A model generated the notes under the pieces. The model was not told the origin of the DNA. It did no database searches and saw only the letters and a list, made by a program, of their open reading frames with translations. This document shows positions 1-7,659 of a DNA stretch of 25,025 nucleotides, in pieces (positions within the stretch are counted from its first letter, which is position 1; each line of letters starts with the position of its first letter). Origin of the DNA: a virus (Duplodnaviria; Caudoviricetes); IMG/VR virus record IMGVR_UViG_3300022921_000097, positions 1-25,025 of that record; one strand, written 5' to 3'. Made by a program: the position numbers and the translations under genes.

Positions 1-105
1 ATGTCTATGCGGACTGGTGCCCGCCGCAAGTTCTACGGTGAGACGTGTCTGCATGATGCTCGCCGTTGGGCGAACGACCGCTGGTGGAAGGAAGGTGTGC
101 TGTGA
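1..105 (+). CDS. Small hypothetical phage protein (possibly truncated by window edge), MSMRTGARRKFYGETCLHDARRWANDRWWKEGVL
   Basis: Open frame 1 read by hand to TGA at 103-105; the stop overlaps the GTG start of the next gene (GTGA). Confidence 0.5.
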   Translation: MSMRTGARRKFYGETCLHDARRWANDRWWKEGVL

Positions 106-305
106 GACGTGCAACACGTTTGCTGATCGCCGCAGGTGCGGCAACGGTGACAGTGGTGTGGGCCTTGTGGTCACCGTGGTCACCGGACGGTGTGGATGAG
201 GTCATTCGTTCTCAGCCGGAGATTGTGCCGGTCACTATCGGATGCTGGTTGTTTCAGTTTCTTTTGGTGTTGGTGTTGATCAACTGGATTGAGGAATCAT
301 CATGA
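102..305 (+). CDS. Small membrane protein with two hydrophobic segments
   Basis: ORF 66..305 with likely GTG start at 102 (GTGA coupling). Hydrophobic stretches LLIAAGAATVTVVWALW and IGCWLFQFLLVLVLINW. ATGA overlap with whiB. Confidence 0.65.
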   Translation: MRRATRLLIAAGAATVTVVWALWSPWSPDGVDEVIRSQPEIVPVTIGCWLFQFLLVLVLINWIEESS

Positions 306-652
306 GTTTTGATTTCATTTTCTCTAGGCCGGAGTGGCAGCAGGATGCAGCATGCCGGGGCATGATGCTTGTCGATGACACACCGGAGTTCTTCATCCCG
401 CGTGGTGACCAGAAGCAAATGTTGAAACGTGCCCGTGCTGTGTGTGCCGAGTGCACTGTGGCTGAGGAGTGTTTGGATTTTGCTTTGAGGTTCAACATCG
501 AAGAAGGTATCTGGGGTGGCAAGTCTGCTCGGCAGCGACGTGTGATGCGTGGCGAACTTGGGTTGACTGGTTCTTTGGATACGTACGGTCCGGACTTGTC
601 CGCTGCTGCGTTGCAGGCGCAACGCGACCGCGAACGTCTAGGGGGTACTTGA
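302..652 (+). CDS. whiB: WhiB-family Fe-S transcription factor
   Basis: WQQDAACRG...PEFF...ARAVCAECTVAEECLDFAL...EGIWGG: four Cys plus the G(I/V)WGG turn diagnostic of WhiB. Confidence 0.95.
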   Translation: MSFDFIFSRPEWQQDAACRGMMLVDDTPEFFIPRGDQKQMLKRARAVCAECTVAEECLDFALRFNIEEGIWGGKSARQRRVMRGELGLTGSLDTYGPDLSAAALQAQRDRERLGGT

Positions 653-678
653 CGAACTAGCCGGGGGTGGACTAAACT
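649..678 (+). promoter_or_regulatory. Housekeeping-sigma-type promoter, probably giving a leaderless mRNA
   Basis: TTGACG (649-654), 18-nt spacer, TAAACT (673-678). ATG at 685 follows after 6 nt, and no Shine-Dalgarno is visible. Confidence 0.6.
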
Positions 679-684
679 GTTGTC

Positions 685-990
685 ATGATCAACAGCACAG
701 AAAACCCCCGGCACGTCAAACCTCGCACAGAAGTCAGCGACCAACTTGCCTTAGCAGCAGGACATATTTACGAAGCGTTACGCCTAGCGGAACACGGCGA
801 CATCCGCACCATGATGGGTGAGACAGCGCACATCATCGACACATTGACAACTCTTGTGTCGGACACACACAAAGCCCGTCGTTTCCGAATCGTGAAACGA
901 CATGAAGAAGGCAACACGTACCGGAAGATGGCCGACGAGATCGGCATCTCCTATCAGCGTGTCGCCCAGATCGCAAAGGGAAACAAATGA
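685..990 (+). CDS. Helix-turn-helix DNA-binding protein
   Basis: C-terminal GNTYRKMADEIGISYQRVAQI is a classical HTH pattern. Confidence 0.8.
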   Translation: MINSTENPRHVKPRTEVSDQLALAAGHIYEALRLAEHGDIRTMMGETAHIIDTLTTLVSDTHKARRFRIVKRHEEGNTYRKMADEIGISYQRVAQIAKGNK

Positions 991-1244
991 AAATGAGAGT
1001 GTTCATGTTGGAGCCGTACATGCGGCAGACCAAACCGATGGCCGGATCGTTGGAGTTCCATTACCGGTTCGTCGGACATTCCTACAGGCCGTACGTGGTC
1101 AGGGTGTACAGGATGCTTCGCCAAACAGGGTGCGCCTCATGGGTTGCCCGTCATCTGGTGTGGCAGATGTTGAAAGCAGGAGAACTAGGGGAGGTGGCGA
1201 CACGTGACGAACGCACGGAAGCCCGGCAGGCCACGGGTTCATAG
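987..1244 (+). CDS. Hypothetical protein
   Basis: ATGA coupling to the upstream stop; fills the gap between the two HTH genes, but overlaps the next gene by 41 nt. Confidence 0.5.
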   Translation: MKMRVFMLEPYMRQTKPMAGSLEFHYRFVGHSYRPYVVRVYRMLRQTGCASWVARHLVWQMLKAGELGEVATRDERTEARQATGS

Positions 1245-1506
1245 CAACGGTCTGTCCGCCGCAGTCGCTGATGAGTACATGGCAGGTGAAACCATCAGCC
1301 GCATCTGCGAGAAGCACAACATCTCACGGTCGACGGTGTACACGTTGTTGCGTCGGCACGGGATCACACCCGAGCGACGCGCCGTCGTTGAACGGGACGA
1401 AGTGTCCGACGTGCTGTACGACATCACGGTCGAACAGGAACTGATCGCTGATCACATGACAGCCGAGGCCGACCGTTTACGGTCGGTGCTTGACAGGGGT
1501 GATTAG
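1204..1506 (+). CDS. Helix-turn-helix DNA-binding protein (homeodomain-like/resolvase-type HTH)
   Basis: KPGRPR arm followed by YMAGETISRICEKHNISRSTVYTLLRRHG; GAGGTG SD-like sequence before the GTG. Confidence 0.8.
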   Translation: MTNARKPGRPRVHSNGLSAAVADEYMAGETISRICEKHNISRSTVYTLLRRHGITPERRAVVERDEVSDVLYDITVEQELIADHMTAEADRLRSVLDRGD

Positions 1507-1536
1507 AATGGGGATGCCATCAAGGGCAGCCCCCAC

Positions 1537-1578
1537 CGGACACACAGGTGTCCGATGTTCAGTGGGCACGAAGTGCCC
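1537..1578. repeat. Two tandem inverted repeats in an intergenic region: CGGACAC-N4-GTGTCCG and GGGCAC-N3-GTGCCC
   Basis: Read directly at 1537-1554 and 1564-1578, upstream of the Cas4-like gene. Confidence 0.6.
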
Positions 1579-1593
1579 GAAAGGGGTAAAGGC

Positions 1594-2406
1594 ATGAAGA
1601 TCAGAGAAGACGGTGGGGTAGCAATCAGGCAGTCATGGTTGAATGACTTCCTGCTGTGCCCAGAACGGGCACGTCGTAACGTGGTCGAACCCGATGCGAA
1701 CATCGGTTCCGACCTGACCGTGATCGGCACAGCGATGCACGCTGTGATCGAACAGGTGTTGTCCGGTGAGATCGATCCCGGTGCGGCCGCTGAGGCTGCG
1801 CCGGAAGCGTTGCAGATGGCGGCAGAGGCCGAGTCGTGGAAGTCGACAGGGCTGACCGCCGATGAGATGGTCGGTCAAACCCAGTTGATGTCAGCGGCGT
1901 GGGCTGCGAACGTGTACCCGATCATGCCGCCCGGCGGTCAGGTGGAGTACAGGTTTGAGTTCCAGATCGGTGAAGCCGACGGCACCCCCGTATGGTTTGA
2001 AGGAACCATCGACTATGTGGCCCCGAACAACACGGTGTGGGATCACAAGTCTGCGAGCCGCAAGTACCAGCAGTGGGAGAAGCAACGCTGGGCTGTTCAA
2101 CCATCGGTGTACTGTGCCGCCGCTGTTCATGACGGTCTGGTCACTCAGGTGCCAGTCAAGTTTTTCTATGACGTGATGTTGCGTAACGGTGACACCCAGA
2201 TCGTGGAACTACAACGGGACATCGGGCACATCTCGTTCGTTCGTAAGCAAGCGTTGAGTGCCGCACAGTTTGCGTTGCGGTACGGGATGGATAATCCGTG
2301 GCCGTTGAACGACCAGTCGGCGTTGTGTTCTCACATCTGGTGTCCGTTCTGGGACACCTGCAAGGGGGCAGACATGTCAGGGGATGAACTAACATGGAAA
2401 CCCTGA
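1594..2406 (+). CDS. Cas4/AddB-like PD-(D/E)XK exonuclease with a four-Cys Fe-S site
   Basis: N-terminal SWLNDFLLCPE, GTAMHAVIE, EGTIDY...WDHKS, QPSVY motif, C-terminal C-x4-CPF-x3-C. ORF is open from 1555; ATG 1594 preferred (purine-rich SD). Confidence 0.85.
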   Translation: MKIREDGGVAIRQSWLNDFLLCPERARRNVVEPDANIGSDLTVIGTAMHAVIEQVLSGEIDPGAAAEAAPEALQMAAEAESWKSTGLTADEMVGQTQLMSAAWAANVYPIMPPGGQVEYRFEFQIGEADGTPVWFEGTIDYVAPNNTVWDHKSASRKYQQWEKQRWAVQPSVYCAAAVHDGLVTQVPVKFFYDVMLRNGDTQIVELQRDIGHISFVRKQALSAAQFALRYGMDNPWPLNDQSALCSHIWCPFWDTCKGADMSGDELTWKP

Positions 2407-2564
2407 TCGGATACATCTTCGTTGTTGGTGGCGTGTTGGCATTCGCCACCTTCTATAAGCCTCACATGAGGGAACCCGGCACCCCAAGCCAAAGGTGTCG
2501 GGCCAACAGGTGTCCCTGCAGGGACACCAACAACCGAACCAGAGGAGGTTCATCACATGGCTGA
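2394..2564 (+). CDS. Small membrane protein (56 aa, METLIGYIFVVGGVLAFATFYKPH...)
   Basis: Hand-translated ORF below the track cut-off; N-terminal TM-like segment; fills the gap between the nuclease and the 147-aa gene. Confidence 0.45.
   Translation: METLIGYIFVVGGVLAFATFYKPHMREPGTPSQRCRANRCPCRDTNNRTRGGSSHG
2509..2528. repeat. Perfect 20-bp palindrome GGTGTCCCTGCAGGGACACC
   Basis: Self reverse-complementary, checked base by base; ends 28 nt upstream of the ATG at 2557. Confidence 0.8.
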
Positions 2565-3000
2565 TCAACAGCAAATCGGTTTGCGTGTAGGTAACACGTT
2601 GACCAACTCACTGAACTACGCAGCGCAGCGTGGTATCGACATCACCACCGACGAGGGTTACGCAGAACTGCAAACCGTCGCCATGGTCATTGTCGAACTC
2701 GGCAACTACCTGACCGCAGAGATCGGCGGGCAGGCATCCACCAGCGGTGTTGCCGCTGTCAAGGACATGTTCCCCGGAACCACTGAGGTGCAGCAGTCCG
2801 CTGCAACCATCGAAGTTGCCGGTGCCCAGCATGGCCCGCTTCCCGAGTGGCTGATCGCTGCTTGCGCGAAGAACAGCGTCACCAAGGTGTACGACAACCG
2901 TGACACCGCCAACGCCACGAACAACCGTCCGTGGTTCAAGGCAGCCGACGGGAGCATGAACGCCAAGGGTCAGCCCTTCGCGTTCTGGCCGCCGAAGTGA
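2557..3000 (+). CDS. Probable single-stranded DNA-binding protein with a PDF-like C-terminal motif
   Basis: Strong SD (GAGGAGG). Lies between exonuclease and helicase. C-terminal VYDNR...RPWFK...AFW resembles the WDNR...PDFK...ALW motif of plant organellar OSB proteins. Confidence 0.5.
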   Translation: MADQQQIGLRVGNTLTNSLNYAAQRGIDITTDEGYAELQTVAMVIVELGNYLTAEIGGQASTSGVAAVKDMFPGTTEVQQSAATIEVAGAQHGPLPEWLIAACAKNSVTKVYDNRDTANATNNRPWFKAADGSMNAKGQPFAFWPPK

Positions 3001-4070
3001 GCGACACCACCAGCCCCGATCTGGCGGCTCGGTGGGAAGAAATGGAGCGGGGCGATCTCACCGAGGTCGCCCCGTCTCCGTCTCTGCTGCCAGCCCCAGC
3101 CCCACTGTTCTACCGTCCACTCAGCGATTCGGTAGGGGACTTTGTCCGTTGGGTGCAAACACCCGCTGATCGCATCTACCTAGGGTTCAACGACATCGAC
3201 ACGCAGATGCGTGGCGTGGCACCCGGCGAGATGCTGCTGATCAACGGCTACTCGCACTCCGGCAAAACATTGTTCCTGATGGAAATCTTGCGGGCGAACC
3301 GTGACAAACCAATCATGTACTTCTGCCCCGATGAGCCACGCACATTGACACTGATCAAACTGGTGTCACTGATCACGGGCACACCGGGCCGGATGTTGGA
3401 ACAGTTGATCGAACAAGACGACCGGGAAACCATCGACATGATCGAACAGACAGCGTCCGAAGAGTTCGGCAAACTCGCAGTGTTCGACCAGTTCCTCAGC
3501 ATGGGAGACATGGATCGTGCAGTTCATGAAACCGCAGACAACATTGGTGAGCCAGCATGCATCGTGTACGACTACCTAGAGTTGCTGCCAACCGAAGACA
3601 ACGTCGCGTCGAAAGCGAACACGATCAAAGCGTTCGCCCGACGGCACGACGTGCCGTTGGTTGTGCTGCACCAGTCGTCACGCACATCAGGTAAAGACGG
3701 TGCGAAACAAACCATCTCATCCGGTGCGTTCGGTGGCGAACAACAGGCATCACACATCATTGGTGTGCGACGCAAGAAGTTCGGGATCGAAGCAGAGATC
3801 AGAGAGATCGAAGAACGAGCCGCACACGGCTCCGTCTCCGAGATCGCATTGGAGAAGTTGGACATGCTCAGGGCAGAACTGGAACGCCACTCCAACACCG
3901 TCACGTTGAACCTTGTGAAATGCAAACGGCATGATGCCGAACTGGTCGATGACATCGACTACTACATTGAACAAGGGACCGGCAGGCTCAAAGGGTTCAA
4001 ACCTTTAGTGGCCCGCCCCACAACACCTGAGGTGGTGTGGGAGGAACCACAACTGGATGGTCAATGGTGA
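2997..4070 (+). CDS. DnaB-like (SF4) replicative helicase
   Basis: Walker A LINGYSHSGKT, Walker B IVYDYLELL, VVLHQSSR, GEQQAS and LVKCKR motifs. GTG start at 2997 coupled to the upstream stop (ORF open from 2931). Confidence 0.9.
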   Translation: MSDTTSPDLAARWEEMERGDLTEVAPSPSLLPAPAPLFYRPLSDSVGDFVRWVQTPADRIYLGFNDIDTQMRGVAPGEMLLINGYSHSGKTLFLMEILRANRDKPIMYFCPDEPRTLTLIKLVSLITGTPGRMLEQLIEQDDRETIDMIEQTASEEFGKLAVFDQFLSMGDMDRAVHETADNIGEPACIVYDYLELLPTEDNVASKANTIKAFARRHDVPLVVLHQSSRTSGKDGAKQTISSGAFGGEQQASHIIGVRRKKFGIEAEIREIEERAAHGSVSEIALEKLDMLRAELERHSNTVTLNLVKCKRHDAELVDDIDYYIEQGTGRLKGFKPLVARPTTPEVVWEEPQLDGQW

Positions 4071-5005
4071 ACGGCATCACAGGTGAAACACTCAGGAAGT
4101 ACATCGACTTGTTCGCTGGCCGCTCCGACTGTTACGGATCATGGACCGGTGGATGCATCCGCCGTCCTGTCAGCCCCGACCTGTTCCGTGAACACCTGAA
4201 CGGTGGCACACAGGTTGGGATCTACCCGGCAATGAACAGGTCAACTGGCACCATCGTCACATGGGGATGCACCGACATCGATGTGGACGACTACGACGCG
4301 GCGCATCGCATACAAGAAGCGTTCGCCATGAAGGACATAGTCACATGGATAGAGAAAACCCGTAAGGGCTATCACGTGTGGCTGTTCCCGACACGTAGCA
4401 TCCCGGCAGAATCGATGCGTAACGCTTTCCTTGTGGTTCACAAAGTTGCTGACGTGCCACCGACCGAGGTCAACCCGAAACAGGTGACGTTGGGAGATGG
4501 GCAGGTTGGTAACTATGTGAGGTTGCCATACCCGAACGACGGTTCAGGTTTGCGGTACATCATGAACGACGACCTGACACCTATGGGCAGGGAGTTCTTC
4601 ATTGAAGAAGCACACGCCAACCGTGTTCCACCACACAAGATTCTGCGGCTTGCCGACATGTGGAAAGAACCACCGAAGCAACATGTTGTGATCGACGGTG
4701 AAATACCGTCGACACTTCCCGTGTACAAGATGGGGAAACTCACCAGATACGTGTTACGGAACGGACCGAAACCGGGCAAAGACAGGTCAACCACAATGTT
4801 TTATCTGGCTTGCTGTGCGGCACGTGACGGGCTATCCCCCGAGGAGATAACTGCGGTGCTATACGATGCCGATCGTCGATGGGGAAAATTCTCAAATCGT
4901 AATGATCGTGAGAAACGGATAGCGCGGACAGTTATGGAAGCCGTGCAGAAAGTAGCGGGCGAAACATGGGAAGACGCAGGTCGAATAAACGGCCGTTCAC
5001 AATAA
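4064..5005 (+). CDS. AEP-superfamily primase/polymerase with a C-terminal PriCT-like helical domain
   Basis: Motif I CTDID, motif II TRKGYHVW, motif III GNYVRLPY. C-terminal DRSTTMFYLA...GLSPEEI...WGKF. ORF open from 4037. Confidence 0.85.
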   Translation: MVNGITGETLRKYIDLFAGRSDCYGSWTGGCIRRPVSPDLFREHLNGGTQVGIYPAMNRSTGTIVTWGCTDIDVDDYDAAHRIQEAFAMKDIVTWIEKTRKGYHVWLFPTRSIPAESMRNAFLVVHKVADVPPTEVNPKQVTLGDGQVGNYVRLPYPNDGSGLRYIMNDDLTPMGREFFIEEAHANRVPPHKILRLADMWKEPPKQHVVIDGEIPSTLPVYKMGKLTRYVLRNGPKPGKDRSTTMFYLACCAARDGLSPEEITAVLYDADRRWGKFSNRNDREKRIARTVMEAVQKVAGETWEDAGRINGRSQ

Positions 5006-5331
5006 CGATCCCCGGCCGACCCCGACCCAAAGGCAGACCACGCCTTGGGCGGGGCGGTCGTGTGTTCACCCCGAAAACAACTCTGGAAGCAGAAGCAAAC
5101 ATTCGGGACGAATACCTGAAACAGAACGGACCGTTCTACGACCAGCCGCTACAAATAGACATCGTCTACACCACACAACAAACAGAAATAACTTTCACCC
5201 CGCTCGGGGATCACACCACCAAACTCACAGCCGACGTAGACAACCTTGTGAAGACCACACTGGATGGACTCCAAGGCGCAGCGTTTGAGAACGACAAGAT
5301 CGTCATGATTGTCACGGCGGAAAAACGATGA
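4966..5331 (+). CDS. rusA: RusA-like Holliday junction resolvase
   Basis: IPGRPRPKGRPR at the N-terminus and DVDNLVKTTLDGL...FENDKIV catalytic signature. Confidence 0.9.
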   Translation: MGRRRSNKRPFTITIPGRPRPKGRPRLGRGGRVFTPKTTLEAEANIRDEYLKQNGPFYDQPLQIDIVYTTQQTEITFTPLGDHTTKLTADVDNLVKTTLDGLQGAAFENDKIVMIVTAEKR

Positions 5332-5825
5332 AGCGGGCAAGCGACGAAATCTTCCGACGCGAAGCCACCATCGGCCAACAGTACGCCGAACTGGTAGCCG
5401 CCCGACTCACCGAGTGCGGCATCAACGCTGAAGCAACCGAACTAACATTCGCTGAAACCGAAGAACAAATCAAAGACTACGAAGATGAACAAGACGTAGT
5501 CCTAGACAGCGGACACTGTGTCGAAGTGAAATCACGCAACCTAGAGTTCGACGCAGACCCCAAGTCATTCCCGTACACCACAGCGTTCGTTGACACCGTT
5601 GCTGGATGGCGGAAGAAAAGAAACAAACCGGTTGCTGTTGTGTTCGTGTCACGCGCAACCGACCAGATGCTGGTCGTCATGGGAGACACAGATGACCAGT
5701 GGGGTGCGATAAAAAAGTTTGATCGAATCCGCAAACATTACGACACCTTCCACACGGTTCCACGTAGAATGCTGATTAGTTTCGATACAGCAGTCGAACT
5801 GATCAAAGAGATCACAAATGGCTAA
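5328..5825 (+). CDS. Putative PD-(D/E)XK endonuclease
   Basis: N-terminal helix with Glu, QDVVL...VEVKSR motif; ATGA coupling. Confidence 0.65.
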   Translation: MKRASDEIFRREATIGQQYAELVAARLTECGINAEATELTFAETEEQIKDYEDEQDVVLDSGHCVEVKSRNLEFDADPKSFPYTTAFVDTVAGWRKKRNKPVAVVFVSRATDQMLVVMGDTDDQWGAIKKFDRIRKHYDTFHTVPRRMLISFDTAVELIKEITNG

Positions 5826-6642
5826 CCGTCAAATACCAACAGAGTTCTATGGTGACGAAACACCAATGTTTCGTCGCATACCAGAGAACCCGATACAGGC
5901 ATTGATGGAAGCAGACTTCGGACATGAACCAGAAGAATCATCCGAAGAACTAGAACCGCTCAGAGAAATTGTTGCCGACGCAGTCGACCTGCTACCAGAA
6001 GAAGACCGCTGGGTAATCGACGCTGTTTACAGTGAACAACTGTCGTTGCAACAAATCGCTGACCAACTTGGTGTATCCAAAACACACGTGTTCCGGATAC
6101 GGAACCGTGCCCTCAAAGCATTGAAAGCAATGCTAAGTTTCGACATGACCATCAGAGAAAGAGTGAACATGCCAACCACATGGGAAGAATCAGCAGAAGA
6201 CCTAGTGAAAGCACTTGCTTCCTACTTCGCTGACCCGACACCAATCGACATTGCCAAAGTGCGAGAAGAACGAGACGTACTGTTCAGGACAGAAGGCACC
6301 GACATCAGGGTGTGGCCCGCCATCGCCTACTCCGCTATCGCTGAACTACGAGACAGAGGCGAGTGGGACAGCGAACGAATGACCGACCTGCTGGTTTCCA
6401 AGCAACGTGACTACGGCCACCAAAACATTCTGCAAGGCGGACTGTTTGGGGTGGCGATCCGCCTGTCTGACAAGATCGAACGGTACGCCAACCTGATGAA
6501 GAAATCCGATGGCAGCCCGGCGAACGAATCAATCATCGACACACTGCTAGACATGGTCGGCTACTGTGTTATCGCACAGATGCTCATCGACGGATCATTC
6601 ATCCTTGACCTGAGCGATGAGGGTAACGAAAGGGCTAGTTAG
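5818..6642 (+). CDS. Fusion of a sigma-70 region-4 HTH and an Nmad1 (DUF1599-like) domain
   Basis: AVDLLPEEDRWVI...LSLQQIADQLGVSKTHVFRIRNRALKAL (sigma region 4). KQRDYG..NI...GVAIRLSDKIER...ESIIDTLLDMVGY (Nmad1 pattern). Confidence 0.8.
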   Translation: MANRQIPTEFYGDETPMFRRIPENPIQALMEADFGHEPEESSEELEPLREIVADAVDLLPEEDRWVIDAVYSEQLSLQQIADQLGVSKTHVFRIRNRALKALKAMLSFDMTIRERVNMPTTWEESAEDLVKALASYFADPTPIDIAKVREERDVLFRTEGTDIRVWPAIAYSAIAELRDRGEWDSERMTDLLVSKQRDYGHQNILQGGLFGVAIRLSDKIERYANLMKKSDGSPANESIIDTLLDMVGYCVIAQMLIDGSFILDLSDEGNERAS

Positions 6643-6646
6643 TATG
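6623..6646 (+). promoter_or_regulatory. Conserved late-promoter-like motif, copy upstream of the endolysin
   Basis: GTAACGAAAGGGCTAGTTAGTATG, ending on the endolysin ATG (6644). Confidence 0.75.
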
Positions 6647-7366
6647 GGTCGCAAGTACACAGGGTTTGACGGATACGCATCCGGCAAACGCAAAGGCACA
6701 GAACAGTTCGTCCGAGAGTTCGTCAAGTTCACAGGCGGAGCATTCTTCAACAACGGAACCTATTTACGTAGGCCGGTCAGAGGTGGCAGCAAACCATCGA
6801 ACCACGGCACCGGCCGTGCCATTGATCTCAGTTACCGTGGCGGCACATACCCCGGTTGCGGCGACCGCAAGACAGCACTGAAGTGGATCGACTGGCTCGT
6901 TGAACACGCCGAAGACCTCCAGATCGAAATCATTGTCGACTACGCCTACAAGCCGTTAGGGCGCGGATGGAAATGTGACCGCAACAAGTGGCGCAGATAC
7001 GCACGCAAAACAATCACAGGTGGCGGCAAATCTTGGGCCGATTGGATTCATGTGGAGATCAGCCCAGACGTGGCAGACGACGCAGACTACTACCGTATCG
7101 TGTTCGCAGAACTCAAAGGCAAACCAGCCGAACAAGCACCACCGAAAATGACGTTCGTGCCGTATCGGGGCAAGCCGATCCGGCGCGGAGAAAAAGACCG
7201 TGACCTAGTGCGCTCCATCCAAAAAATTGTCGGAGCGAAACAAGACGGATACTTCGGTCCGAAGACCGAGAAGGCAGTGATGGCATTCCAAGCCAAACAC
7301 GGGTTGACAGTGGACGGATGGATCGGGGCTCAAACATGGGCAGTGATGGGTCAGATGATTGGGTGA
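6644..7366 (+). CDS. Endolysin: M15-like Zn peptidase plus peptidoglycan-binding domain
   Basis: R...SNHGTGRAIDL and DWIHVE zinc-peptidase motifs. C-terminal DGYFGPKTEKAVMAFQ..HGLTVDGWIGAQTW (PG_binding_1 pattern). ORF open from 6617. Confidence 0.9.
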   Translation: MGRKYTGFDGYASGKRKGTEQFVREFVKFTGGAFFNNGTYLRRPVRGGSKPSNHGTGRAIDLSYRGGTYPGCGDRKTALKWIDWLVEHAEDLQIEIIVDYAYKPLGRGWKCDRNKWRRYARKTITGGGKSWADWIHVEISPDVADDADYYRIVFAELKGKPAEQAPPKMTFVPYRGKPIRRGEKDRDLVRSIQKIVGAKQDGYFGPKTEKAVMAFQAKHGLTVDGWIGAQTWAVMGQMIG

Positions 7367-7659
7367 GTGCTTGGGCTGAAGAACTGTTCGGTGATGACGC
7401 TGAGGACATCCAAGCCAAAGCAGAACAAATCATCGAAGAAGACGGCATGTCTTTGCATGTCGCCATGGTCATTCCCGTCGCTGCCGCACGGGAATGGATG
7501 GAACACTACGAAGAATCATTGAACGGCGTGCCCGAATCAATGGCGAAAATGTTGATGTTCCTAGAGCAGTTCGCAAACCAGATCGAACAAGGGTTAGAAC
7601 TAGATGTCAATGAAACCGACATCAGCGGTGAATACCCAGAAGACTGGGGTTTCGGCTAA
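7363..7659 (+). CDS. Acidic hypothetical protein
   Basis: GTG start coupled to the endolysin stop (GTGA); very Glu/Asp-rich; last gene of the + arm. Confidence 0.7.
   Translation: MSAWAEELFGDDAEDIQAKAEQIIEEDGMSLHVAMVIPVAAAREWMEHYEESLNGVPESMAKMLMFLEQFANQIEQGLELDVNETDISGEYPEDWGFG

Noticed and set aside
902-1207. Alternative + frame ORF (101 aa)
   Set aside because: Overlaps the HTH gene and has no suitable start near 990; the 987-1244 frame has ATGA coupling.
1490-1509. TTGACA and TAGAAT as a sigma-70 promoter pair
   Set aside because: Spacer is only 8 nt; TAGAAT might act alone but that cannot be supported from sequence.
1594-2406. CRISPR-Cas system suggested by the Cas4-like gene
   Set aside because: No repeat-spacer array, cas1 or cas2 seen anywhere in the window.
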